64,000 bases of DNA from Paraspadella gotoi (lineage: Eukaryota; Animalia; Chaetognatha), in assembly GCA_051294375.1 (NCBI GenBank), contig CM119267.1, positions 1,240,194-1,304,193 on the forward strand, written 5' to 3'. How positions within the stretch are numbered: the stretch's first letter is position 1; each line of letters begins with the position of its first letter. This document shows positions 1 through 21,092 of this stretch, piece after piece. Under the pieces are notes generated by a model. That model worked only from the letters and a program-made list of their open reading frames with translations. It was not told the origin of the DNA and ran no database searches. The translations under genes were made by a program, and so were the position numbers.

Positions 1-1500
1 GTCTTTGGTACCACCCCCTTGCGATCCCGCCTGACTCTTTCTCCTCTCTTCTCTCGATCGATTTCTCGACATTCTCTTAGGTTTTCTCCTCCTCCTGTTC
101 CTCCTCCTTTCCTCGTCTTCTTCTTCGCTCTTCCCCGTCGACCGCTTGTTCTTCTCTCCTCCCGTTTTGCAGACCAGCGGCCCGCCCGAGTCTCCATCGC
201 AGCTGTCGATGTGTCCGCTCTTGTATCCCGCGCAGAGCATGTTGTCCGTGATTTCGTACTCGAAGGCTCGACGACAGACTCGTTGATCGATGAGCGGGAC
301 TCTCGCCTGATGGAGAATCTCGGCGCCCGTGTAAGCGCTGGCGTGAAGCTTGCCCCACCCAGTCACGAAGCACTCGGTCCCTGGCGGAAGATCCTCGCCG
401 GCTGGCGGGAGACAGGCTGGCTGAGCGAATGGCGTAGCCCTGACGGGACGTTCCAACTTGAGCAGAGCCACGTCGGAGTCGACCGTCTCCAGGTCGAAGT
501 CGGGATGCTGGAATTTGGCTTCAACTCTGACCTCGAACTCGCTTCTTTCATAGAGGGTGTTGTCGTGATCTCCGACCCGGATAAGGATGTTACGAGGACG
601 AAGCTTCTTGCGTCGGACGCAGTGGGCGGCGGTGACGACCCATTGGGGGTGGATGAGAGTCCCGCCGCAAGAGATTTCCCGCCATCTGTTCATCACCGAC
701 ACCTGCCAGGGCCAACTCCCTCGTCGTGACACCTTCCCGCCGATAATGCGGAGGCGTCGAGGGTTGAAGGAAGGTTTGGTGCCGCACTCGAAGTCGCCAA
801 AGTCGAGAAAGGTCGAGTTGGAGCCTTTCGAGGATTTCTCTGCGTCCTCAGGTGTATCTTTCTTTTTCTCCTCCTCTATCTCCTCTTCCTCTCCATAAAT
901 AATCTTCGTCTCATAAGATCCGCTGTTTCTCTTCCTCTCTCCGCATCTCGTTCCTTCGGGAAAGCATTCTCTCTCTTCCTGAATTCGTCTCCTTTCGCAG
1001 AGAAGTTGGAACTGGCACTCCTTGACGCGCCGTTGACGGCAAGAGCGTGAGCATCGCGACCATTGCGACCAGTTTGAGAAAACGAGGTCCTCCATGTCGG
1101 CGTCGGGGTTCTCCCTCCGCGTGTTGGACAAGTCTGTGAGCAGGCGTTTGATAAAAGTCTGATGCCGAGCTCGCCTAGATCGACAGGTGTTCGGACAAGC
1201 GCGTTTCTCGACCACGACGTTTTCTCCACAGGCGGAGGGCATCAGGCAATCGCGCCGGCGCCTTTGAACGCACCTGGCGGAACAGCGGGACCAATGGGTC
1301 CAGGGGGAGAAGAGGCGCTCTTTTGAGGGGGCGGTGTCGACAGACGCCGAATCGTCGACGCCGACGAGAGGGGCGGCGTTCGATGGCGCCGGAGACGAAA
1401 TCGACGCCGCCGCGAAAGACGAAATGATAGAAAGAAAGAGGAAGAAAACGACGCCGCTTGAGACGGCGCCGTCTCGAGTGATACGGGCGTCGGAACTCAT
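1..1500 (-). CDS. Secreted trypsin-like (S1A) serine protease with two N-terminal TSP1 domains; 3' end runs off the window
   Basis: Manual translation from ATG at 1500 gives 500 stop-free codons to the window edge. Hydrophobic leader ([16 protein letters not shown]); two TSP1-like motifs ([44 protein letters not shown]); activation site R|IIGG at 747; SWPWQVS, CGGTLI, catalytic TAAHC, DVALLKL and [10 protein letters not shown] (Ser codon 189-187); Asp189 present (trypsin-type S1 pocket). Confidence 0.93.
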   Translation of the reverse strand, partial: MSSDARITRDGAVSSGVVFFLFLSIISSFAAASISSPAPSNAAPLVGVDDSASVDTAPSKERLFSPWTHWSRCSARCVQRRRRDCLMPSACGENVVVEKRACPNTCRSRRARHQTFIKRLLTDLSNTRRENPDADMEDLVFSNWSQWSRCSRSCRQRRVKECQFQLLCERRRIQEERECFPEGTRCGERKRNSGSYETKIIYGEEEEIEEEKKKDTPEDAEKSSKGSNSTFLDFGDFECGTKPSFNPRRLRIIGGKVSRRGSWPWQVSVMNRWREISCGGTLIHPQWVVTAAHCVRRKKLRPRNILIRVGDHDNTLYERSEFEVRVEAKFQHPDFDLETVDSDVALLKLERPVRATPFAQPACLPPAGEDLPPGTECFVTGWGKLHASAYTGAEILHQARVPLIDQRVCRRAFEYEITDNMLCAGYKSGHIDSCDGDSGGPLVCKTGGEKNKRSTGKSEEEDEERRRNRRRRKPKRMSRNRSREERRKSQAGSQGGGTKD

Positions 1501-2805
1501 TTTGGAATTACGAATCATCACGAAATAAAGTTTTTTTTAATTTTTTTATTTTTTTTTTACAATTTCTAAAATGTCCTTTTTTTTCTTGTCTCTTCGCGGT
1601 TTTGTTTCGTTTGAATCTCCCGTTGATTTCGGGTTTTTTCTTTTATTCTTTTTTTTTTCGATTAAAGTTTTTTTTTTCAATGGAGAAAAAAGTTTGATAG
1701 ATCGTTGGCGGTGTGAAAAGATTTGAGTGAGAGAGAGAGAGAGAGTAGGGTAGCCTGGGAAGTTTGATCTTTAAGGTTGGAATTAAAACTCGGATTGAAT
1801 TCTCGGTCGAATCTCGGATCAAACGCAAATTTGAGATTTTTTTTTTGTTGTTGTCCGAAGGATGAAGTTTTTTTTTTCGGGGGTGGGGTTCGTACGCGAC
1901 CTCGCTCGATCTTTTGGGTACGCAACAGATCTGTTTAGTTCGAACCAGATGGAGATGGAGACGGATGAATTGACGGAGACAGAGACACGAATTATCCGCG
2001 TGGTTGACGATGAAGAGAAATCGATATCCTCAGATTTTTTTTTCTGAGTTCGATCTCTCCTTCGTCTTTTTTATATCCAGAGAGAGAGAGAGAGATGAAG
2101 GGGGGCGGTGGGTCTCGATCGCGGAACTAGCGTGAGAATCGATGCTCGAAATTCCGGGGGAGAAGGAAGAGGAAGAGGAAGTGTTGTGTTCGGAAATGAA
2201 AAAAAAAGAGAATGTAAAAGATAAAATAGATGAATGAAATAGATTGTTTCAGGAAAAGTCACAGAATAATCTTCAGATAATAAACTAATAAACTTGAAAA
2301 TAAAGGGAAATAAAGATAATAATAACTTTGAAAGGGAGACGCAAGGAATTTTAAAAAAAAGAAGAAGAAAGGACCGGACCTAAACATGAATTAAAGAAAG
2401 AGAAAGAAAGATCGAGAGAGAAAGATCTAGAAATTCCTCAACTGTGAATCATCCTTTCGATTTAGAATGAATAAAAAAAAGTTTAAATTTAAATTTTTAT
2501 TTCAGATTTTTTTTTTTGGGGGGGGAGCGATATAAACTTTAGATGAAACATCGGACGATCGAGTTTGAAAATCGATCTCAGGATTGAGAAATATTCGTCA
2601 ACAACGAAAACACTATCGACCATTTGGTTTCATTTGATTTATCCCGTTTTTGGCATTTTTTCCCCCGTTGCCTAGCGACAGAAAGGAAGATAGTCCAACA
2701 TCTATAAATTTGTAAATATTTTTGATTTGAATCGTTTTTGACAATCGTCCGGCAGCTGGATTCTATTAATCCCTTTTTTTCGATAGTTCTCCGATTTTCC
2801 GAAAT

Positions 2806-2807
<2 letters not shown>

Positions 2808-2898
<91 letters not shown>
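2808..2898. repeat. (CT)n microsatellite, representative of dozens of GA/CT tracts in the window
   Basis: Perfect dinucleotide run. Similar runs at 4131-4185, 13274-13380, 16218-16320, 49922-49975, 50226-50297, 50713-50783. Confidence 0.95.
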
Positions 2899-2903
<5 letters not shown>

Positions 2904-4128
2904 AAGAGCCGCTCCCTCTCCGTCGATGACAAACAACATCTTGAATCACTTCGGAAACCGGAAGCGAGAGAGCGAGCGAGCGAGACAGGGACAACAGAGA
3001 GAGAGTGAACGACAGGGTCAATGAATCGAGACGGTCCGCCCACTCCCCCCCTCCGTCCTCCCTCCCGCTGAGTAGGTGGAGCGGAGGAGAAGATTAAAGT
3101 GTGGAGAGGCGAGGGAGGAGGAGGAAGAGGAGGAAGAAGGCTTGAGGACAGGGAGTCGCAGGGGGCGGCGTCACCCGTCCGGCCGCCAAAAGCCGATCCG
3201 ACCTTCGACCTTCGAACCGACAACTTCCGGCGTCGGAACAATGGACGAATCTTTTTCCCATTTACCTTTCGATCGATCGATCGATGTCGTCGTCGTCGTC
3301 GTCGTCGATAATGGGGGATTGATTCTCTCCCGATTCGAATCGGAAATCGCTCCTTCTTTTCTCCCTTTGTTTACTCCTTTTGTCTTTTGTTTTTTTGTTT
3401 TTTTTCGGGGGGGGGGGAGGGGAGCCAGTGGCGGCAAATTGGCATCGGAAGTAAATCCTTCGTTGTTTAGTTGTTTTTCTGACCGAAAGGAGGAAGAAAT
3501 GCGAGGAGAGAGCGAGGTAGCGAGAGGAGAAGGAAGTACCAAAGTTTTTTTTAGTTTTTTGACGTTTTTAACTTTTAACGTTAATGGGATGACTTGTGAA
3601 GTGCGATTCTTCTTAGTTAATTGTTAAAAACTGCAAGAATGAAAGACGAGGAATAAACAATTCAGTCTGGCGAATCCTAAATTCGCCTCCCGTACATATT
3701 TGCTCGTCTCTGGTTACTGAAGGTCCTAAGCCCTGAGGACCAGCTGTTGGGAGATGCCTCACACCCTGGACACTACACATGTACACATGTGTGATGAGGT
3801 GCCATAGTAGTCTTCAGCCCAATCAGCACCTTATCTATCGAAAGACCGACCGACCCGTGTTATTGCATTAATGACCTAGACTGATTCGCTGATGGACTTA
3901 ATAATTTACCGACTGGCTGACCTTATCATGTTACTTGAGTAATTGAAAGACTGATTGATGTGAAAATGATTGGCTGACAATAGTGATTGACTGATTGCTT
4001 GACAATTCTAACGAAACAAAATACTTTCTGTGAAGTTCTCATCTTTCCTTCTCGCCTCTCACCCCCTCCTCCTCCTCCTTTCACCGACCAACAAAGAATC
4101 ACATTCATAATTTTAACAAAAAACGATT

Positions 4129-4187
<59 letters not shown>

Positions 4188-4455
4188 ATTTTAATTGGTC
4201 TATTTAAATTTCAACTTTAAACTTTAGGAGATTTCCCAAGAAACACTAGTTAACATGATGAATGAATTATAATGAATACTATCTTTTGATAGCGAATTGG
4301 CATTGCTTAGTGAAATCTATAAAATATGATTTAAATTTTAATCCAATCTCCCACACAGGGGATTCTGTAGATTTGGACAGCTCGACAAATTGTCCGATTT
4401 CTTAGTCACCCAGGATTTCCTGATTTTTGGATTCGATCTTCAAACAGTATATAAC

Positions 4456-5163
4456 AGGCTTCATATTATCAAATGTGGTACCCATTTTTTGTGACCAGAA
4501 CACGTTCCGAGAAAACTACTGAATAGAATTTAATGAAATTTTGCATGCGGAGTACCAGTAGTGATACAAATGGAACTATCGAGGCGAATTTTTACATTCC
4601 ACCCCTAAGCTGAGATAAGTGGCCCTGAGGGGGCAGCCCCTGAGGGCAAAAAATGGACAAAAATTGTTTTCAAATTTTATTTTTTTTTGTTTTGAACAGT
4701 TGCACAGACGTTTACTCTTTCACAAAAACGTATTTATTACCTCAAAAATATTCATTTACCTTAATTTTTAGCTTCATTAACATCAGCAGTTAAAGTCAGA
4801 TTTGGAATAATTTGGGAAAATTGGAAGTAAAACGATGAACCATGCATCTTCAACCATGCTTAATTATTGCAAATTTATAAATTTTAGTTCTAAAATGTTT
4901 TTTTCTTATGTTTAAAACCTCAATGCACCTGATGCTACTAAAAAATTTGAAAAAAAAATTTAGCATTTTTTGGCCCCCCAGGGGTCCACCCCCAGGGTCC
5001 TGTATCTCTTGTCAGGGGTTGAATATCAAAATTCGCCTCGATAGTTCCATTTATATAGTCATTAGCACTCTAAATGTAAAATTTCATTAAATTCGATTGG
5101 GTAGTTTGGTGGGAACAGGTTCTGGTCACAAAAAAGGGTACTACATTTTACAATATGAAGCCT
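4456..5163. mobile_element. Non-autonomous foldback/MITE-like element with ~200-bp imperfect terminal inverted repeats
   Basis: Left arm AGGCTTCATATTATCAAATGTGGTACCCATTTTTTGTGACCAGAAC...AATGGAACTATCGAGGCGAATTTT matches the reverse complement of the right arm (AAAATTCGCCTCGATAGTTCCATT...GTTCTGGTCACAAAAAAGGGTACTACATTTTACAATATGAAGCCT). No ORF and no clear TSD. Confidence 0.8.
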
Positions 5164-5530
5164 TCTGTAAATGAAAATTTCTGTCAATCTGTGCTTCGAG
5201 CGTCGCAACCAGGATTGTATTGGAGAAGGAAGAGTCGACGACATCTTCAAAGGCGTCTCCGAGGGAGACTGGAATCGGTCGCAGATTGCGGAAATGACAT
5301 CCACGTTCAAATCCAAGTTGACCCCTCCAATGAAAAAGAACCAAAGTTTTAGAATCAATGTTAATTAATGTTAATGTTGATCTTTAATCTGAAATCGAAA
5401 AAAAAAATGGTAAGCAAAGATATAAAATTAATTAATTTATTTAATTTTAATTACCAGTGATACTTTAAATCCTTAAAAATCTATAATTTTCTCTTCGATC
5501 GAATTGAATGACATAAGTTGAATTTTAAAA

Positions 5531-5733
5531 TCCCATTGGCTCAGAGGGGGAACGCAACATCCTGAGCGCTGCGTTCCATCCAGTCTTAACGAATTCCCTC
5601 TGCGTTTGCAAAGCGAGACCCTCCTAGGGTAACCACGCCACTGACTGGAGGTGTCACTGAGGGTCGGAAGCCCCCAAAGCCAACAGTTAGATTCTCCATC
5701 CCGATGGGCATCACTGGCAACCCGGCTGTTGCC
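5531..5733 (-). repeat. GC-rich structured dispersed repeat (SINE/retroelement-UTR-like), copy 1
   Basis: Reverse complement begins GGCAACAGCCGGGTTGCC...GGCTTTGGGGGCTTCCGACCCTCAGTGAC...CCCTCTGAGCCAATGG and aligns by eye with 17349-17600 and 61634-61880. Confidence 0.85.
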
Positions 5734-7030
5734 CTAAGGCAACCTTTTTGGCCCCTCGAAATGTCGGTAAAATGACAAAAATATGAATTCAATTGAAAAT
5801 GTCTGAAAAACACGCGAGGCCGTTTTGCTTTCAACTTCCGCCACCAGAGTTCGAATTGTTGATATTGAGTGGATAGACATTAGACAATTTTGATCAAATG
5901 ATCTCCTAAGTTGAAAACTCGCTTTGATGAGTAAAAACTAGTAAAACCTAGCTTTGATGATAATTAAAAAAATATTTTATACAAAGTTTTAAATCATCCT
6001 AATCAGAATAAAATATTTTTGTAAAAGCTTTTTAAAATTCAAAATATTTAAAAAAAAATTAAAAACACTTAAAATTTTTATTAAATTTCAAATTTTTAGG
6101 CAATAAACGAGAGACTGAGCCAAAAATAAACTTAATACTAAACATCAACTGCGACTGAAAGAGAAAAAAAGAGAAGTTGAAAGATTTCAAAGCCAGAAAA
6201 GTGATGCGACAATTTGAGGGTCTTTGCAAAAGTTCAGATTATGAAAGGAAAAAAAAGGGTTGAATGAGGAGAAAAGAAGGAGAAAGGGAGTGCGCTATTT
6301 AACGAGAGCGCCCTGTTTCTGTTCCTAATCCCTCTACTTAATTTTAACCTAAATAATTAATCTTAATCTTTTATTAAACCCTAATTCCAAGCTATAACCT
6401 GATATCTAACATCAGTCAGGGGCAAGGTAGCTTATTTATTAAATGAATGGATAATTTTTAAAATTATTTTATATTGGTTGTACCAATTTCTTTCAGTTCT
6501 AATATTTATTAGTAAATTTATCTATTTTTCTTCGTTTTTTATCTTTCTTAAGTTTTATTGTATAATGTATAAGTAAAGTTTTATGTCATCATCGTGATTA
6601 AACTTCATGTGAAAATTCAATTGAATCTCAGCCGTGAAGCAACAACGAATTCTTTCACTTTTATTTTATCTTTTTTTTTTTTAAAAAGTTTAAAAAGTTG
6701 TAGCGACAGTAAACGACCGGTTGAACGAAAATCTCTTTAAAGAAAATAATTTATTTACAAAACCGAATAAAAATAGGATTGAGACATAAACATTAATTGA
6801 AAAAAAAAACACCATATTTTATAATTATATTTTATATTTTATATTCAATGATTTAAAAATTTCATTACGCCAACTCATTGCGTTTTGCTTTTTTAAAACG
6901 ACCCTACTCTATTTTGATATTTATCTCAACCTTGAAACTTTTTGTATTTGACAGTTTTTTTTAATGGTTCCCCTTTCTTCCAACTGATTTTTCTCTCTCT
7001 CTCTCTCAAAATAAAAAAAAAAAATAAATC

Positions 7031-17172
<10,142 letters not shown>

Positions 17173-17348
17173 AAATTGGAAGCGATTTGTGATATTTGTT
17201 ATAAACGATAATGATTCTAACTGATTATTAAATAATTATATTAGAAAATATTTAATAAGTTTATTTTCGTTAGAATAAAATTGCGAAATCAATGGACAAA
17301 ATTTTCGTGGGTCGAAAATCTTTGGAATCTGTAAAAACTACGGTTTAT

Positions 17349-17600
17349 GGCAACAGCCGGGTTGCCTGTGATGCCCATTGGGATGGGGCATCTCACTGTT
17401 GGCTTTGGGGGCTTCCGACCCTCAGTGACGCGTCCAGTCACTGGCGCGGTTACCCTAGGACGGTCTCGCTTTGCCAACGCAGAGGGAAGTCATTTGGACT
17501 GTGGATGGAACACTACGCCTGGGATGGTGTGTTCCCCCTCTGAGCCAATGGATTTGGCTGAAGGATGGTGGACGTGAGGCGGTGTGAATATACCGCCACA
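17349..17600 (+). repeat. GC-rich structured dispersed repeat, copy 2
   Basis: Homologous to 5531-5733 (-) and 61634-61880 (+). Several self-complementary stems; ends in a GGCGGT...ACCGCC hairpin. Confidence 0.85.
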
Positions 17601-19951
17601 TGTTCTTATTTAATAAAAGTTATTGGTTTCTTATTGTTGTCTCCTTTATTATCTTGGATGATGTCGTCGTCGTCGTCGGCGTCGACGTCGACGTCGTCGT
17701 CGTCGTCTGGGTTTTTTTCTGTGCTCAGCTGTTTTAAAGATTTCCTTCTGTTTAAAAACGAAGGCGGAATTTAAGGAAAGGGGGGAGTGAGGGGGGGGGG
17801 AGCAAAGATAGGGACTTAAAATACCACCCTGCCGAACACCAGAAACAATAGAGAAATAGTCTGAAAAGACGTCAGAGCATCTACATCTGAGTGAACAGTT
17901 TGTGTGAACGCTGTGAACAGTCTATATTAAAAACCCGTTGAATCTTTCACTGGTGAAAATCAGGGGTTGAGAGAAAAGATTTTAGGGATGGAAACTAAGA
18001 AAATTCACCAGCAGAAAGAAGTGAATAAAAAATGATTAATGAGAAAAGATGTGACGAAGAAAATGGAAGAGGAAGAAGACGAGGAGGAGGAAGAAGAAGG
18101 GGACGAGGAAGAGGAAGAATGGGACGAGGAAGAGGACGAGGAAGAAGAAGAGGAAGAAGACGAGGAAGAGGACGAAGAAGAGGACGAGGAGGAGGAAGAA
18201 TAGAGGAAGAGGACCAGGAAGAGGACGATGAGGAGGAAGAAGAAAGTGACGAGGAAGAGGAAGAGGAAGAAGAGGAGGAGGAAGAAGACTAGGATGAAAA
18301 CAGCTGGTCGCGCAAAATCCATGAGGCAGAAAATTAACCATATAAATTCGATTAAAATATAAAAAAAAATTTCAGCTTCGAAAGGAAATTAATAGACGAT
18401 TAGGTTATATTAAGTATTTTTTAAAAAAAGGAAGGAGGTGGAGAGAATAAAGAGAGAAGGTAATGTTTAAATAGGTTTAGCTTCGAGGGAAAATAACATT
18501 TCATCCTTTTATGACAGCGCCTTATTTTCCATAACAGTCTCATTTCAGCCTAAATTCAGCTTTTAAGTTTTCAAGTTTAAAAATTAGGTTAAGGGGCGCT
18601 TTCAGAAAATAGTGTGAAAAAAAATACTGAAAATAAAATAAAAAAAAAAGTAAAAGAGAAAAAAAACTGCAGAAAAGAAAAGATTAAAAAAAGGAAGACA
18701 AGGGGTCATTAGTCTATTTTTGGAAACTGAAAGAAGACTTAAAAGCGAAAAAAAGCAAAGAAAAAAGCAAATAACGCCCCCCCCAAAAAAAAGCATAGTA
18801 GAGGAAAAAAAAAGAGTTAAGACTCAACAATGTTCTTGTCGTTTTCATTTGTCATCATGCATCCGAAAATAATTCTCTCACTCAGTGAATTTCAAAAAGA
18901 GCCAATTTTTAAAATGACAGAGAAAATGGGAAAAAGCCTTCACCATCGAGCGATCTCGAAAAAAAAAATCATTTTAAGTGTTTTTAATATTCACTTATTA
19001 TTTATGTATTAGTATTTCAATTTTACATTTACTTATTTATTTATATGATACGTTAATATATTTTTAAGGAAATGCTTGCTTACAACGTTTAACGTATACA
19101 AAATTGTATACTATACATATATCTCTACTAATATATAATATATATTATATAATATATAATATAATGCATATATCTCTACTAATATATAATATATAATTTA
19201 TAATATAATACATTTGTCTCTACTAATTTGGATTGACTTCTGAATAACTTAATTAAATCCATGATAAAAGATTTAGGCTGAGAGTTACTACGAACTGCAA
19301 AATAAATCTCTTCTCTGGAAATGAGATCCAAAAATAAATATCTTTTCGAAAAATAAATCTCGACGCCCTCTCGCGGGAAAAAGGGGAAGACCTTGGTTTC
19401 GCCCCCTGGAGAGAAATTCCGTCGCGAACTGAATGAGAATGGAATTGAGTCTGACGACTGAGAGAGACAGGGAGATAGAGAGAGATAGGCAGAGAGAGAT
19501 GCGGTGAGAGAGAGAGAGAGAGTCAGATAAAGAGAGAGAGAGAGAGAGTGAGAGATAGGCAGAGAGATAGGCAGAGAGAGATGCAGAAAGAGAGACAGAG
19601 TGAGATAAAGAGATAGAGAGGCAGAGAGAGAGGCAGAGAGAGAAAGAAAGATAGAGAGAGTGAGATAAAGAGAGAGAGAGATAGGCAGAGAGAGAGGCAG
19701 AGAGAGAGACAGAGGGAGAGAAAGAGAGAGAGAGGCAGAGAGAGAGAGAGAGTGAGAGAAAAAAAGAGAGGCAGAGAGAGAGTGAGATAAAGAGAGAGAA
19801 ATAGTTTCCAATCACGGATTCAAAAAAGCGTGAAATATTTTCGTGAGAGAAGTTCGCGTTTATTCACTGCGAAAAAGTAATCTCGTATACTAATTAGAAC
19901 AGGAAACAAATATATATTAGAAACTAATTATTTTAAAGTATTTTAATCATA

Positions 19952-20204
19952 TTTTTTTTAGTTGCGCCGGAAAAACTCTATGGACGGTCTGTCGGTCTGT
20001 CGGTCCGTCGGTCCGTCCCACTTCCGTTAACAATGCTTATAATTCGCCTATAATCGGTTGCTCATTTGTTAAGACAGATAAAACCTCTATCTATCATCTA
20101 TGTGACTGCTAGCGCCGCCTTCAGGAAATCATAAAACTATAAAGAATAAAAGACAAGCTAAAAAAGTCACTCCGGCGCAACACACATCTGAATTTCCATT
20201 CTTG
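19952..20204 (+). mobile_element. HINE/DINE-like element, family 2
   Basis: Begins TTTTAGTTGCGCCGGA, has a (GTCG/GTCC) microsatellite and a 3' inverted copy TCCGGCGCAAC near the CTTG end. Related copies on the - strand at ~7940-8066, ~47875-47956 and ~54140-54660. Confidence 0.6.
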
Positions 20205-21092
20205 CTTTTCTAATAGGTGGTATATATATAATATAAATATATATATATCTATGCGATTTTACTCGAATACAACAAGGTTGATTCAGTACAATCATCATCA
20301 ACAAACAAACATAGACTAAGTCTGAGCAAACTAAAAACAAAATAAAATAGAGAGAGAAAAAAACCAGTTAATTAAATAAAATTAATTAATTAAAAAATTG
20401 TTCTTATGTTGTAAAAAACGGAACAAGTTTCTGAAGAACATATATATATGCTTGTTTAGTAAACAATGCTTACCCTCTGTGCTTGCTTTACTTTTTCCTT
20501 GTTCTCCTTTTCCCCCTTCCTCTCACTCTCTCTCCCTCTCTCTCTGTCTCTCTCTCTCACTAAATCCTCTAGCTGTGAATTGTTTACTTCAATCGATGTC
20601 TATCATTGTCGTCGTCGTCGTCGTCTTCTCAACCAAATTCTCACTTCCAATACAACAACAACAACAACAACAACAACGACGACGATGTGGGGAGTTGACA
20701 ACCTCGTCACCAGAAAACGCGGTCGGGGTCGGATTGGAGACTCCGCAGCGAGCAATACAAAGAGTGCTGCAGTGGGCGCCGTAGTGGGCGCCGTAGTGGG
20801 CGCTGCAGTGGGCGCTGTAAAAAAAAAAGTTTCTATTTTTTAGCAAAGAAATGTGTTTTTTTTCTTTGAAAGATGTGACCTCGAAACTTTTTGGGGCTTG
20901 TGAAGAGCTCGTGCCACATTCGCCGCCAGTGGCAGTTATATACTACGCCAATATATGCCGAGTTACATTTAGATACCGAAGGCGCAATCTCTTGACGGCG
21001 CCATCTTCAGACGGCGCCATGTCTAGACAGCGCCCACAAATGTGACGCCTATCAACGGCGACGGCGACGGCCCCTTGACTGAGAACGACCGA

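Noticed and set aside
19-729. 236-aa plus-strand ORF
   Set aside because: Antisense shadow of the serine protease; no recognisable motifs.
3785-3895. Possible C/D snoRNA or hammerhead (GTGATGA...GAAA...CTGA)
   Set aside because: No terminal stem, no recognisable guide sequence, and the hammerhead core spacing does not fit.
5165-5350. GC-richer coding-like island with short ORFs on both strands
   Set aside because: No motif or convincing splice sites identified.
18040-19800. Glu/Arg-rich and Ser/Leu-rich ORFs (also at 51270-52210, 56960-57490, 33428-33540, 46198-46300)
   Set aside because: Translations of GA/CT or GAC low-complexity tracts with no splice or domain support.
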